From positions 620,001 to 684,000 of the forward strand of contig NW_025765481.1 of NCBI RefSeq assembly GCF_003918875.1: DNA of 64,000 nt, read 5' to 3'. Position 1 is the stretch's first letter. The number at the start of each line of letters is the position of its first letter. Shown here piece after piece: positions 53,401 through 63,844 of this stretch. A program made the position numbers and the translations under genes. The notes beneath the pieces are model-generated. The model did no database searches, was not told the origin of the DNA, and saw only the letters and a list, made by a program, of their open reading frames with translations. Origin of the DNA: Haliotis rubra. Taxonomy: Eukaryota.

Positions 53401-56400
53401 GGGTGGTTGATACACAGTGTTAACACATGGATGCACGGTTCCCGCAGGATCCCGCTTCTATACGTTCGTTAACGCCTATAATGTTGTCCAATATGCTGGT
53501 GAATGGTTAATACACATCGTTAACACATGGATGAACGGTTCCCGCCAGATCCCGCTTCTATACGTTCGTTAACGCTCTTGTAATGTTGTCCAATGTGCTG
53601 GTGGGTGGTTAATACACAGTGTTAACACATGGATGCACGGTTCCCGCAGGATCCCGCTTCTATACGTTCGTTAACGCCTATAATGTTGTCCAATATGCTG
53701 GTGAATGGTTAATACACAGTGTTAACACATGGATGCATGGTTCCCGCAGGATCCCGCTTCTATACGTTCGTTAACGCTCTTGTAATGTTGTCCAATGTGC
53801 TGGTGAATGGATACACAGTGTTAACACATGGATGCACGGTTCCCGCAGGATCCCGCTTCTATACGTTCGTTAACGCCTATAATGTTGTCCAATATGCTGG
53901 TGAATGGTTAATACACAGTGTTAACACATGGATGCACGGTTCCCGCAGGATCCCGCTTCTATACGTTCGTTAACGCTCTTGTAATGTTGTCCAATATGCT
54001 GGTGAATGGTTAATACACAGTGTTAACACATGGATGCACGGTTCCCGCAGGATCCCGCTTCTATACGTTCGTTAACGCCATAATGTTGTCCAATATGCTG
54101 GTTCCCACATCGTTAACACATGGATGCACGGTTCCCGCAGGATCCCGCTTCTATCTATGTTGTCCAATATGCTGGTGGGTGGTTAATACACAGTGTTAAC
54201 ACATGGATGCACGGTTCCCGCAGGATCCCGCTTCTATACGTTGTTAACGCCTATAATGTTGTCCAATATGCTGGTGAATGGTTAATACACAGTGTTAACA
54301 CATGGATGCACGGTTCCCGCAGGATCCCGCTTCTATACGTTCGTTTACGCTCTTGTTATGTTGTCCAATATGCTGGTGAATGGTTAATACACAGTGTTAA
54401 CACATGGATGCACGGTTCCCGCAGGATCCCGCTTCTATACGTTCGTTAACGCTCTTGTAATGTTGTCCAATATGCTGGTGGGTGGTTAATACACAGTGTT
54501 AACACATGGATGCACGGTTATACGTTCGCGCTCTTGTTATGTTGTCTAATGTGCTGGTGGGTGGTTTATACACATTGTTAAATCATGGACGCATGGTTCC
54601 CGAAAGATCCCACTGATAAACATTCGTTAACGCCCTTGTGATATTGTCCAATGTGCTGGTGGGTGGTTTATACTCATTGCAACCTACATGCACTGAACCA
54701 TCTTATTAACTTGACGTTTACGAAAGAAGAGGACTTTAATGTTACATCTTGTGTAACTGAGCTATACCTTTTTCATCATACCACATTACGTTCTACAAGT
54801 TTATCCATTTCTAGCGGTTGGAGAAATGCTTATTTATATGGACTTGGTGATATTTATTCACAGTGATACGATTTGCTCAGCTGCCCTAAGTTTCGTTTGA
54901 TACACCTCCATGAAATCATGCATAGTCCACAACACTTTTACGTAATACCGTTTATGTGAGGCTCGGAGCTTCTCAGTCAAGTGAACTCTCAAAATGTAAA
55001 CTGCAAACACATCCACATTCAGTGGTATCAGTTGTTGTCCACCTCTCAGAAGGTGTCAAGAGTGTGTCAGTGGAACAATGCACATCCGAATAAACAGAAT
55101 TGCAGTTGCGGTGTCAAGATTTGTTGCTTCGGGCACATTTTGCGCCGGAAGGACCAAAAAAGAAAGAGTTGTCGTTATTAATACTTTGTCATTCCAATGT
55201 GTCTTTAGTATTTTAAAGTGTCACTTGAGGTCCATTCATATTTTGAGTCATAATTCCTTGTGCATTGTTGCTTTCCTCAGGAGTGCCAAAAACCTGTGAT
55301 CGAGTGTGGCAAATTGCTCATTTTTGTGACATCCATATTTGATTAACAATAATTTGAACAAGATATCTTTAGGCTACCTTATAGCGTGTCTTATCAGTAA
55401 GTACAATCATAAAGTAATCAGAACGAAAATCACTTGAAGAGAAATAATTACGAAAAGACGAGAATGTTTGGATATATTGGATACATCAAGCAGACTTTTA
55501 CACAACACAGATATACTAATAAGCTTCATGTACAAGAATAAATCACCAGAGCATAATCAAAATTGATTATCCACGCCACTGGGCGAAAAAGACAAAACAG
55601 CTGTCAAAACTTGTATGAACAGAATGCTGCAAGTCAGTGACGTCACCAGGTCTCCCAAAAATACGGTCATCATATCCTGCTCTTCCTGTAGCACGTCTCA
55701 CACATAGTGTTCTCTTGTTGGTCCAACGCCATTGAGCCTGAAACCGTCTCTGCCAAGACATGTTCCTATCAGGTGACAACATTGGTACTGAAAATGACCT
55801 TTCCCCATATATACTGTATATTTGCAAGTCATACCTGTTTCGTCTTTGTCACAATACGCCCGATGTGTTTACAGCTGTTTATCCAGACTCTGCTATGCTG
55901 ATATTTGCATATTGCGCCTAACAAAGGGACACTACCAACCACCGACTGGTTTAAAGTTACCGTATATAGTTACTGGACTCAACCTTAGTGTGAGGGTTTA
56001 TGGCCGTTTGAAGGTATATTAGCTTTTATGTGGATGGGCGGATTTTGTGTTACTTTTTCGCGGAGTACGCCAATTTGAAATACGTTGGCGCATTGCACTG
56101 AAGTCACCATTGCAAACACCATTTCGTAAGAAACATGCTTGTTCCTAGCAATCTGGTCTGTCTCACAGCCAATGAACCGCTTTACTTTCCCCACTGCTTA
56201 TACCTCCCTGCAATGCGGCTAAAAATATAAATGAAGCAAGTCTAGATTCCCTCAATTTCCCATCTGACGGGGGCTCTGTTCAATTCAAATGGGTTTATGT
56301 GTTACTATCAAAATTATATATATTCAGAGACTAGGCAATAGTCTACAAGCAATCATGAACGCGGACTTTATTATCATTATAAATAACATGGATCATACCG

Positions 56401-59400
56401 TCTCGGCAATTATATTACCAATATCGATCGACAATGATTACCAGTATCAAGCATTATTGATTACCACAGATTGCCATGATGATTCAATCAATATTAATAA
56501 GTAAACAAATTATAATGAGAGGTATCTGTCCTACGGTTAGATATTTCATCATTTAAATTGATGCATCTTCTGTTAATGTAAGCATTTTGAATTTATATCA
56601 GACACGACCACTGCAGGAACAACCGTTACAGCAACGACATCAGATGCTACGACAGTTGCAACGCGTACGTCGACAGGTATACACAACTTTGTGTATGTGC
56701 TGGTACAGGCTATGCGGCCATGATGTAACACTATCTTGCTACTGTGTACCCCATCTTGTTATTAGTAATATAAATAAAATACACCTACACTGTTTTTTTG
56801 TATCTAGTAAATAAAATATATTTATGGTTGGAATGTAAAGCGAAAACAATTTTTCTCATCATCACTGATTATTTGTATTAGCAACAACGACCGCAGCTAC
56901 CATTGTAACGTCAACTACACCCACACCTACAACACGTACAACGTCTGCATTTTCAGGTATGATGAAAATGATGATGATGATGATGATGATGAAGATGATG
57001 ATAATCATTACTTTGATACTTACACATGTGTAGCAATTCACGAGAATGATTTACACTACATGGTTCCGTTTTTGTTTATGTAAACATTTGTGCCTTTGCA
57101 TGTGTTTGTGACGGATAGTGACACATGCTTATGATTATATTATCATAATGGAATCGTAATGTCAAGTCTAGGATGACATTTCCTGTAAAGGAGAGAATTA
57201 CGCCGCTTTTATTTATGCATCTAAATACCATTGATGCCCAAAGACAATAAATTAATTCATTTGGTGGAGGGTTGGTGAACTGAGGTTCAATATCCCGATC
57301 AAGATTATTATCTTCAACAGGTGCCTCCAACGTGTGTGTGTGTGTGTGTGTGTGCGTGTGCGTGTGCGTGTCTGTTCGCGTGCGTGCGTGTGTGTTTATA
57401 TTTGTGTATATATGCTTGTACTTGTCCTGACCTAAAGTTATTAAGCTGTTTACTTTAAGGTTTACGGGTACTATAAATATATAAGCTGAACCCACGGCAA
57501 ATATGTAAATAGGCAAACTAAGGTAATGGCGATTGCCTTGCTTTGTTGATTATTGCTAAATGGAATTATCATTGCCGCTTCTAGTCGCTACCTCGATAAT
57601 AAGTGACCTCTCCCTTAGATACATCTTTGATGCAATATATATACATGTATGTCAAATCTATTATGCCGATGTCTTTTTAACGAAAAATAACTTTTCTGTA
57701 TTGTTTTCATTACACTACATAGTTTTCACTGAATATGGAAAAAGGTTTTTGTCGCTTTTTTAATCCATCTATTTGTCAACAGCTAGATCCAATCATCCAT
57801 CCAATCATCAATTCCTCCATCCAATCATGCTGTCCACCATCTAATCATCTGTCCACTCTTCCCCACTGCATCCTTCCACGGTGTTCTGTATGCATGTAAC
57901 CACTAACCAAAGTCGTATGCAGCACAACTATACCTGTATGCAAGAGTGGCCTTGCAGAACCTTTATACAACTCATCTGTGTAAAAATCCGCTACAAATGT
58001 AACTGCGGTGTTTTATTATCAATGCTGTCACCAGGCCATCTATCATCTAAGCCTTTCTTTGTCAAGTTTCACATTACTGTTGATTAAACTAGATAAATGA
58101 CAACATAGATTATGGTAATGACAGAACTATTAAAGTAACAGTCCAATAGTGTTTGATTTTACATGTTAAATTGACGTTAATATGTAAGTTATGGTTAATT
58201 TAGAAACGATGTTGAAGTTTAGAAATGAAAGAACAATAACTGTAATAATACATTTCATTGTTTATTCTAATAACTATGTGGCATGTCCATTAATATAATG
58301 AAAAGTGACCTTTTTCAGACGCAACGACAACGACGTTAGCATCAACAACCACTCCAACAACCACTCCAACGACTACACCAACAACCACATCAACAACCGC
58401 CCCAGCATCATGTAACATGACAAGATCGTCAGGTACGACAGGTGTGTCAGGTTTTACAAGTTTTCTCTCCGCAATGTTGAATCCTGCAATAGCATCTGTC
58501 TGTATATCATGACATGCCGAGCCACCACATACAGACTAGGTATCTGCACATTGTACCCCGGGACGTCTACTGCAGCATCTGGGGACATCGTCGACTTCGT
58601 CAGGCATGCATGCAATAACGGTACGTGTCAATCTTCATTTCCGCCTTCTTATATTACGTTTCTGGTACCACTAAGAAGGAAGTTCACCTGACCGTTAGTC
58701 CGAGTCTAGTAACAATCTAGACGGTCAAGTTGTTTAGCCATCAAATACAGTAAACTGTTATAATAGCCACTAGTTGCAGTCTAGTTGGGTATGACAAATA
58801 GAAGCTACTCCTGGTAAGGGAAGTAAAACAGACTCCAACGGGTAAGACAACCCCGTACCCATGCTAGTACACGCTCATGTGAAACATATTATTCCGTTTA
58901 AACAGCCCTTACTTTAATACAAAAGCACAAAATAAACCGAGAGTGTTTTTCCACACGTTCTGAATCTCCCACATGACTGGGGTTCCTTTTCAATGGAACT
59001 CATTGTTTCTGTCAAAATTGTATATTATCAGAGACAAAGCGTTGGTCTTCCTGCCATGCCCCAGTTGTCGCTAGTTACTGTACAGAGTAGCGTCCCTTGG
59101 GCACGTCAGAAACCTGTGATCCTCGTTTCGAATAACGGTTCGGGGTTCTTATGTTTCTGGGTTTGTCTAGGTTTATAGTTTGTATACTGTGAAACACGGT
59201 ATCAAATCTAACTCACTGACTAAAGCAAAATGTACAGTTGCAACAACAGCTGCAACAACAGCTGCAACAACAGCTGCAACAACAGCTGCAACAACAAACC
59301 CAGTATCCCCGAACGTCATAGTTGCTGTCTACCGCGGAAGAATTTACCTTTAAAGCATACACCATCTACAGGCAACGGACGCTGGGGCAGCCCACTGGTT

Positions 59401-62400
59401 AAAGCGTTCGCACGTCACGCCGAAGACCCGGGTTCGATTCCCCACATGGGTACAATGTGTGAAACCCATTTCTGGTAACACCGCCGTGGTATTGCTGGAA
59501 TTTTGCCAAAAGTGGCGTAAAACGATATTCACTCTCTCATCTACAGGTACATTCTGCTGCATAAGCTCCAGCACAACACAGAGGGCTAGTGGCAGTCCCC
59601 TTCTCTCCATCAGTACTACTGCATCTTTAGACGGATGTGAAGCGATCTGTCTCGCAGTGGCTGACTGTCAGGGCACATACTACAGCGACAATTCCTGCTT
59701 CTTCTATACAACTACATCAACGACATTTGGCGGAAGAATCGTTTTCTCCAGGAAGACCTGTCCTGGTAACAACTGAGAGTAGCCATTTTGGTTTATTTTA
59801 CGCTCCACTCAACAGTATTCTATCTATATAACGTCGGTATATAGATAATCGAGTCTGGACCAGACAACCCGATGGGTGACATCATGAGCATTGATCTACA
59901 TAGTTAGGATGCTATGACATGCCGTGGGCCTCCCCACAAGATACCCTTAACTTTGGTTTGCTGTAGATATACCCGGATCTTGATATATATATAGTACGTC
60001 ATGTTCTGTTTGAAAGTCTGACGTCAAACGTCTTCTTAAAATGCACCGGATATATTTCGTTGAAACATTTAACACTGTTAACGCAAGGTACGACTACCCG
60101 GAATAGAAGGGACACATTTGACCAAAACATTACAAACGTAAAAAAAACATGTACTAGGCTTCAGAATTTACGTAACAAACATACTGGTATCCATATCAAA
60201 CACATAACCAGTTATAGATATATGCATGATTTCGTACAAATATGCCCATGTTTACATGATGTTCAAATACAACACCCAATAGTAAACAAACATATTTCTT
60301 TCAGTCCAAACTAATCCTGGGAACCTTGCATTCGATGGTGCCTGCAAAGGTATGACAACAATTAGCACTATCTGTGGTAGGTAAAGTGGCGTTGATGACA
60401 GGTTATATATTCAATACTGACTTAAACGGTCAGAGTGTTTCTGGCAAAGTATGAACTTGAAGAAAATGTGTTACTCTTTCTTAAGTTCAAATAGCAGGAA
60501 TACCCGCTCTGTTTCCTCTAGAGTCTGTTCGCTCAAGGTTTTCTACAGTTTAGAACTGAAGAAGTTCGTTCGTCCATTTTCATATAATGTTCACAGCTCT
60601 ATTTCCTTATTCACCAAACGAAATGTGTTTCTAAGGACACTAAGACTGGTTATTCCTTTGCACTATCGTTCTGTATTACATTCAACGAAAATACTGAAAC
60701 ATTAAAATATTAACTGTACATCTGCTCTAAGATTACGAACATTTATAATGAGCAATATTTTCGGATGAGCTAAACAGTGAGCGAATATACCAGCCATTTA
60801 AATGCACCTCTTGCATCACCATAAACAGAAATGATGATTGATGTGATTTCTATAATTATATTAAAATTTATATTTCTTGAAATGGTTCAAGACAAGGCCC
60901 TCATGTCTTTACAAGATAAGTAGTGGGCGGACATATACCACGCACACACAACGTCATTCTTAAGAAATTGATTCTATTTCAGAACGCCCCAAATGGACAT
61001 ATACTAGGTATCTTCAGTACAGTTATAGTTTTTGTTGCCACGTTCTGCATCTGTTATAATGGTGTCTGTGTTGTTACAGGTGCTATGTTCTAACATCAGA
61101 GGCCTGTGGATGTATCTCACACTTCCAATAAACACATAATACAATACGTTTTACTAATATAACGTAACCGTATCATCGTTACTCGGCTAATCTCATGTGT
61201 CGTGTTATGAAATCACAGTGAGTGAGTGAGTGAGTGAGTGAGTCTTCCTCCGCTTTTCACAATATTCCATCAATGTCACCACTCTAGAACGGGCCTCAAG
61301 CACTCTGCCTGTGTTGGGAAACGAACCGTGGTCTTGTGCATGACGAAAGGAAAACGCTTTACCAATAGGGTACTGACTTTCCTGGTAAATGGCTGTTGTC
61401 GTGTCCTTGTGGTTCTCGTCACACTGTGTCTTGAAATACTTACATTTAACACCTCCATTTAACTAGTTATATCTCAATAACCTAACGTGGACGAGAGGTT
61501 CGTATTTAACACCATAACTATAGTTAGTAGTTAAAAGACGAATTAATTAACTACTTGAATGGAAAATTTCGAATGACCGAAAGCTTACCCTTTCGCTCAA
61601 TACGTTGTTTTAATAAATAGGTAAATCTATTATCAATGATGGCATTCAGAGAAATTTTGGAAAGAAAGTATACACTTACATGAAACATTACTAGGCTGTT
61701 AACTCTCTCACCGAGCATTGCGAACTTAGGTTTCGAAACACAACTACTCGTGTACCCGTATGACATCGTTCATTATTGAATAACCATTCCTTAAAACTAA
61801 AATGAAATATGGGTGTATACCTTATTTTGCCCGGCAGTGTAGTTTGTTACTAAGACCGACATACACGTCTATGTGTTGAGCATGTTAATAGCATGTAAGG
61901 TGTTGTTTCAGTTTCTACCACAACAACAACGTGTACATCATGCGGCGGTATGTACCGGCATGTGGTAAACATTTAATATGCAAAGAACATGTTGACAGCG
62001 CACCTGATGAAGCAATGAACACTGACATCATACATAACTAACATCGAACACGTACACAGCAAGAGAATGCTACCCCACCGCCAGATAAAGCAATGAACAC
62101 TGACATCGATGATACAAAGAGATCTAGAGACAGAGAGAGAGTCAGAGAGATACTTTACCCTTTCCACCTTCCCTCCCTTACAGCAAAAGTATTGAACTTG
62201 GTATTTAGCGTCAATAAAATCACTGTTTGCACCTACTATATTCCATTTCGCACTCAGGTCTTCAAGTAACATCGCTCCTAATTAAAAAGCATGTATGTTT
62301 TCTAAATATTAACACGATTTTGTTTTCATTTCAGATACCAACAACTCAGCTTCTTCTCGTATTATCCATGGCATTATTATCGGTACTTAAATATTCTGCT

Positions 62401-62756
62401 AAATGTGAAGATAGTACCATCATCATCATCATCATCATCATCATTGCCGTTGTCGTTTTTATGCTCTGGCAACATTATTGTTAATTTGATATTGTTAATA
62501 TCATAATGTAAAATGGTTAAATCTTTAATTAAATTTATAAAATTTATGACATAATTAATCCAAGTGTATATAAAAACCAGATTGCAGCACAACGTTGATT
62601 TTAACACGATGATGTGAACACAATAATTACAATTAAACACATATTTCCTCGTTCGATTAAGAAATGCGCATTGTACATATGAAAATAAAAGTAACAAAGA
62701 ATTTGTTGTTTCTTTCAGCGTTCCTGATTATACATATTTCTTGGACCCTTTTCTAG
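50335..62756 (+). CDS. Multi-exon gene: signal peptide + 3 PAN/Apple-like domains + Thr-rich mucin stalk + GPI-anchor-like C-terminus (~378 aa; one -1 frameshift in exon 5)
   Basis: Hand-built exons 50335-50401, 51417-51647, 56602-56676, 56882-56956, 58319-58620, 59547-59765, 60305-60349, 61912-61947, 62335-62382, 62719-62756. All introns are GT-AG and phase 1. Every internal exon is a multiple of 3 except exon 5 (302 nt). Kozak ACCATGG at the start; AATAAA at 62856. Confidence 0.82.
50616..50758. other. Assembly gap (N) in intron 1, after a (GTGTG)n tract
   Basis: N run. Confidence 1.
51417..51647 (+). CDS. Exon 2: PAN/Apple-like domain 1
   Basis: taacag|GT...CCAG|gtaagg, 231 nt; ETC...ACQSFCGSQSGCVAGEFNSHSFSCYLY...RTC gives the six-Cys C-x3-C-x5-C pattern. 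Confidence 0.88.
52475..52668. repeat. 46-bp tandem repeat x4 (intron 2)
   Basis: GGGTGGTGGTTAAGCCTTGACGCATTGTTTGAACTGAA.GTTTTAC. Confidence 0.9.
53313..54675. repeat. 100/102-bp tandem repeat, ~13 copies (intron 2)
   Basis: TAACACATGG recurs at 53321, 53421, 53521 and onward; alternating GCCTATAAT / GCTCTTGTAAT variants. Confidence 0.93.
56602..56676 (+). CDS. Exon 3: Thr-rich mucin-like segment (D)TTTAGTTVTATTSDATTVATRTST
   Basis: atatcag|AC...ACAG|gtatac, 75 nt, phase 1-1. Confidence 0.8.
56882..56956 (+). CDS. Exon 4: Thr-rich segment (A)TTTAATIVTSTTPTPTTRTTSAFS
   Basis: gtattag|CA...TCAG|gtatga, 75 nt, phase 1-1. Confidence 0.8.
58319..58620 (+). CDS. Exon 5: Thr-rich linker + PAN/Apple-like domain 2 (-1 frameshift at ~58461)
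   Basis: tttttcag|AC...AACG|gtacgt. First frame ATTTTLASTTTP...SCNMTRSSGTTGVSGFTS; second frame FSLRNVESCNSICLYIMTCRATTYRLGICTLY...RHACNN. One extra T in the T4 run joins them and makes the exon 303 nt. Confidence 0.82.
59373..59537 (+). mobile_element. SINE family A inserted at the exon-6 splice acceptor
   Basis: Family sequence flanked by CATCTACAGG at 59363-59372 and 59538-59547. Confidence 0.85.
59547..59765 (+). CDS. Exon 6: PAN/Apple-like domain 3
   Basis: ctacag|GT...CCTG|gtaaca, 219 nt; TFCC...GCEAICLAVADCQGTYYSDNSCFFY...RKTCP. Confidence 0.85.
60305..60349 (+). CDS. Exon 7: (V)QTNPGNLAFDGACK
   Basis: tttctttcag|TC...AAAG|gtatga, 45 nt, phase 1-1, open. Confidence 0.7.
61217..61380 (-). 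mobile_element. SINE family A, old diverged copy
   Basis: (GTGA)n tail and weak core similarity. Confidence 0.6.
61912..61947 (+). CDS. Exon 8: (V)STTTTTCTSCG
   Basis: ttgtttcag|TT...GGCG|gtatgt, 36 nt, phase 1-1, Thr-rich like the other stalk exons. Confidence 0.68.
62335..62382 (+). CDS. Exon 9: (D)TNNSASSRIIHGIII, putative omega-site region
   Basis: ttttcatttcag|AT...ATCG|gtactt, 48 nt, phase 1-1. Confidence 0.68.
62719..62756 (+). CDS. Exon 10 (terminal): (A)FLIIHISWTLF*
   Basis: tttctttcag|CG; completes the hydrophobic tail; TAG at 62754-62756; AATAAA about 100 nt downstream. Confidence 0.68.
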
Positions 62757-62855
62757 TGCTCTTTCTTTTCGAAGAACTCTTGTGACTGACTGACAAAATG
62801 GTGATGACTTTGATACAGCGGTGGAAGGAAGAATTCGGGACAATCTGACAAAAGG

Positions 62856-62861
62856 AATAAA
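62856..62861 (+). terminator. Candidate polyadenylation signal of the PAN/mucin gene
   Basis: AATAAA 100 nt after the predicted stop. Confidence 0.45.
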
Positions 62862-63676
62862 AACTAATGAGTAAATGTGTAGCGCAGAACCTTGATGTGT
62901 GTAGTTCAGAAATCCCTCTGCCCTAGGTATTTACTGGCACTTAATGTAGAATACCAAAGAGCATGGAGCACAGCTGTGCTGCATCAGATAAACTACATCT
63001 ACAAATACAATATCGAAAGTAACGAATCTTTCTCACCCGTAATCACTTATTTACAAGGAGAAAATCCATACAGTTCTTAGCTTTATACCAGCTTTAAATA
63101 TTTACTATATATTATTCATGTACAATGTTCCCTCTTTGTATTGTTTCTTTTTTCACAGGTTATGGATGGTCTAAGGTAGCATTATTCACTGTACTGAGTT
63201 GCGGCCATTAGAAATACCAAAATCCATTGCGTGTTAATCGTTTATTAACAAAAAACGTGCTATATAGTGTAAGAAATACATAGGTCTTAGGCGGTTACCA
63301 GTTAGGCTAAAAGACAGGAAAGTATAAATTACCTTTCTCATTGAGTAAACTAGAACTGTTAGAATTAGCTTTCAATATATAAAATTGTTGCATGAAATTG
63401 ATGCATTTACAAAAACAGCGATGATGAGACTGCCTCTTGTTTTCATTAGCAAAAATATCCGGTTGCATTAATTATGGATCTGATGTAGGAATCTCTGCCG
63501 CAGAACCTCTATGTCTGAACATATATGTCTGGTTCATCTAATGATGTGTATGTTTGTGCAAGCACGTGTACTGCAGCTGAGGACACGCAGGCGTGCCCCT
63601 GCTTAAGACATTGTAGAATCGTTGTAAGTATTGCTGTGCACATATAAATATTGTTGTTATAACTATTACAGACTAT

Positions 63677-63844
63677 ATATAGAACAAACTTTATGGATAA
63701 CAACTTCTTTTTATTCGTGAGTGCGACGTTTCGATACAGATTCTTGTACCGTTGTCAAGCATAATGGAACGGTACAAGAATCTGTATCGAAACGTCGCAC
63801 TCACGAATAAAAAGAAGTTGTTATCCATAAAGTTTGTTCTATAT
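63677..63844. mobile_element. Penelope-like element remnant: 77-bp perfect inverted repeat (inverted pseudo-LTR)
   Basis: Arms 63677-63753 and 63768-63844, 14-nt spacer; contains a hammerhead motif and AATAAA. Confidence 0.75.
63722..63761 (-). ncRNA. Minimal type-I hammerhead ribozyme motif (Penelope-type)
   Basis: Minus strand reads UGC-UUGACAA-C-GGUACA-agaauc-UGUAUC-GAAAC-GUC-GCA: stem I UGC/GCA, U3-A8 compensated core, 6-bp stem II, palindromic ACGU helix III. Confidence 0.7.

Noticed and set aside
62227-62484. 85-aa hydrophobic ORF overlapping exon 9
   Set aside because: Different frame from the spliced model; its Ile run comes from a (CAT)n microsatellite.
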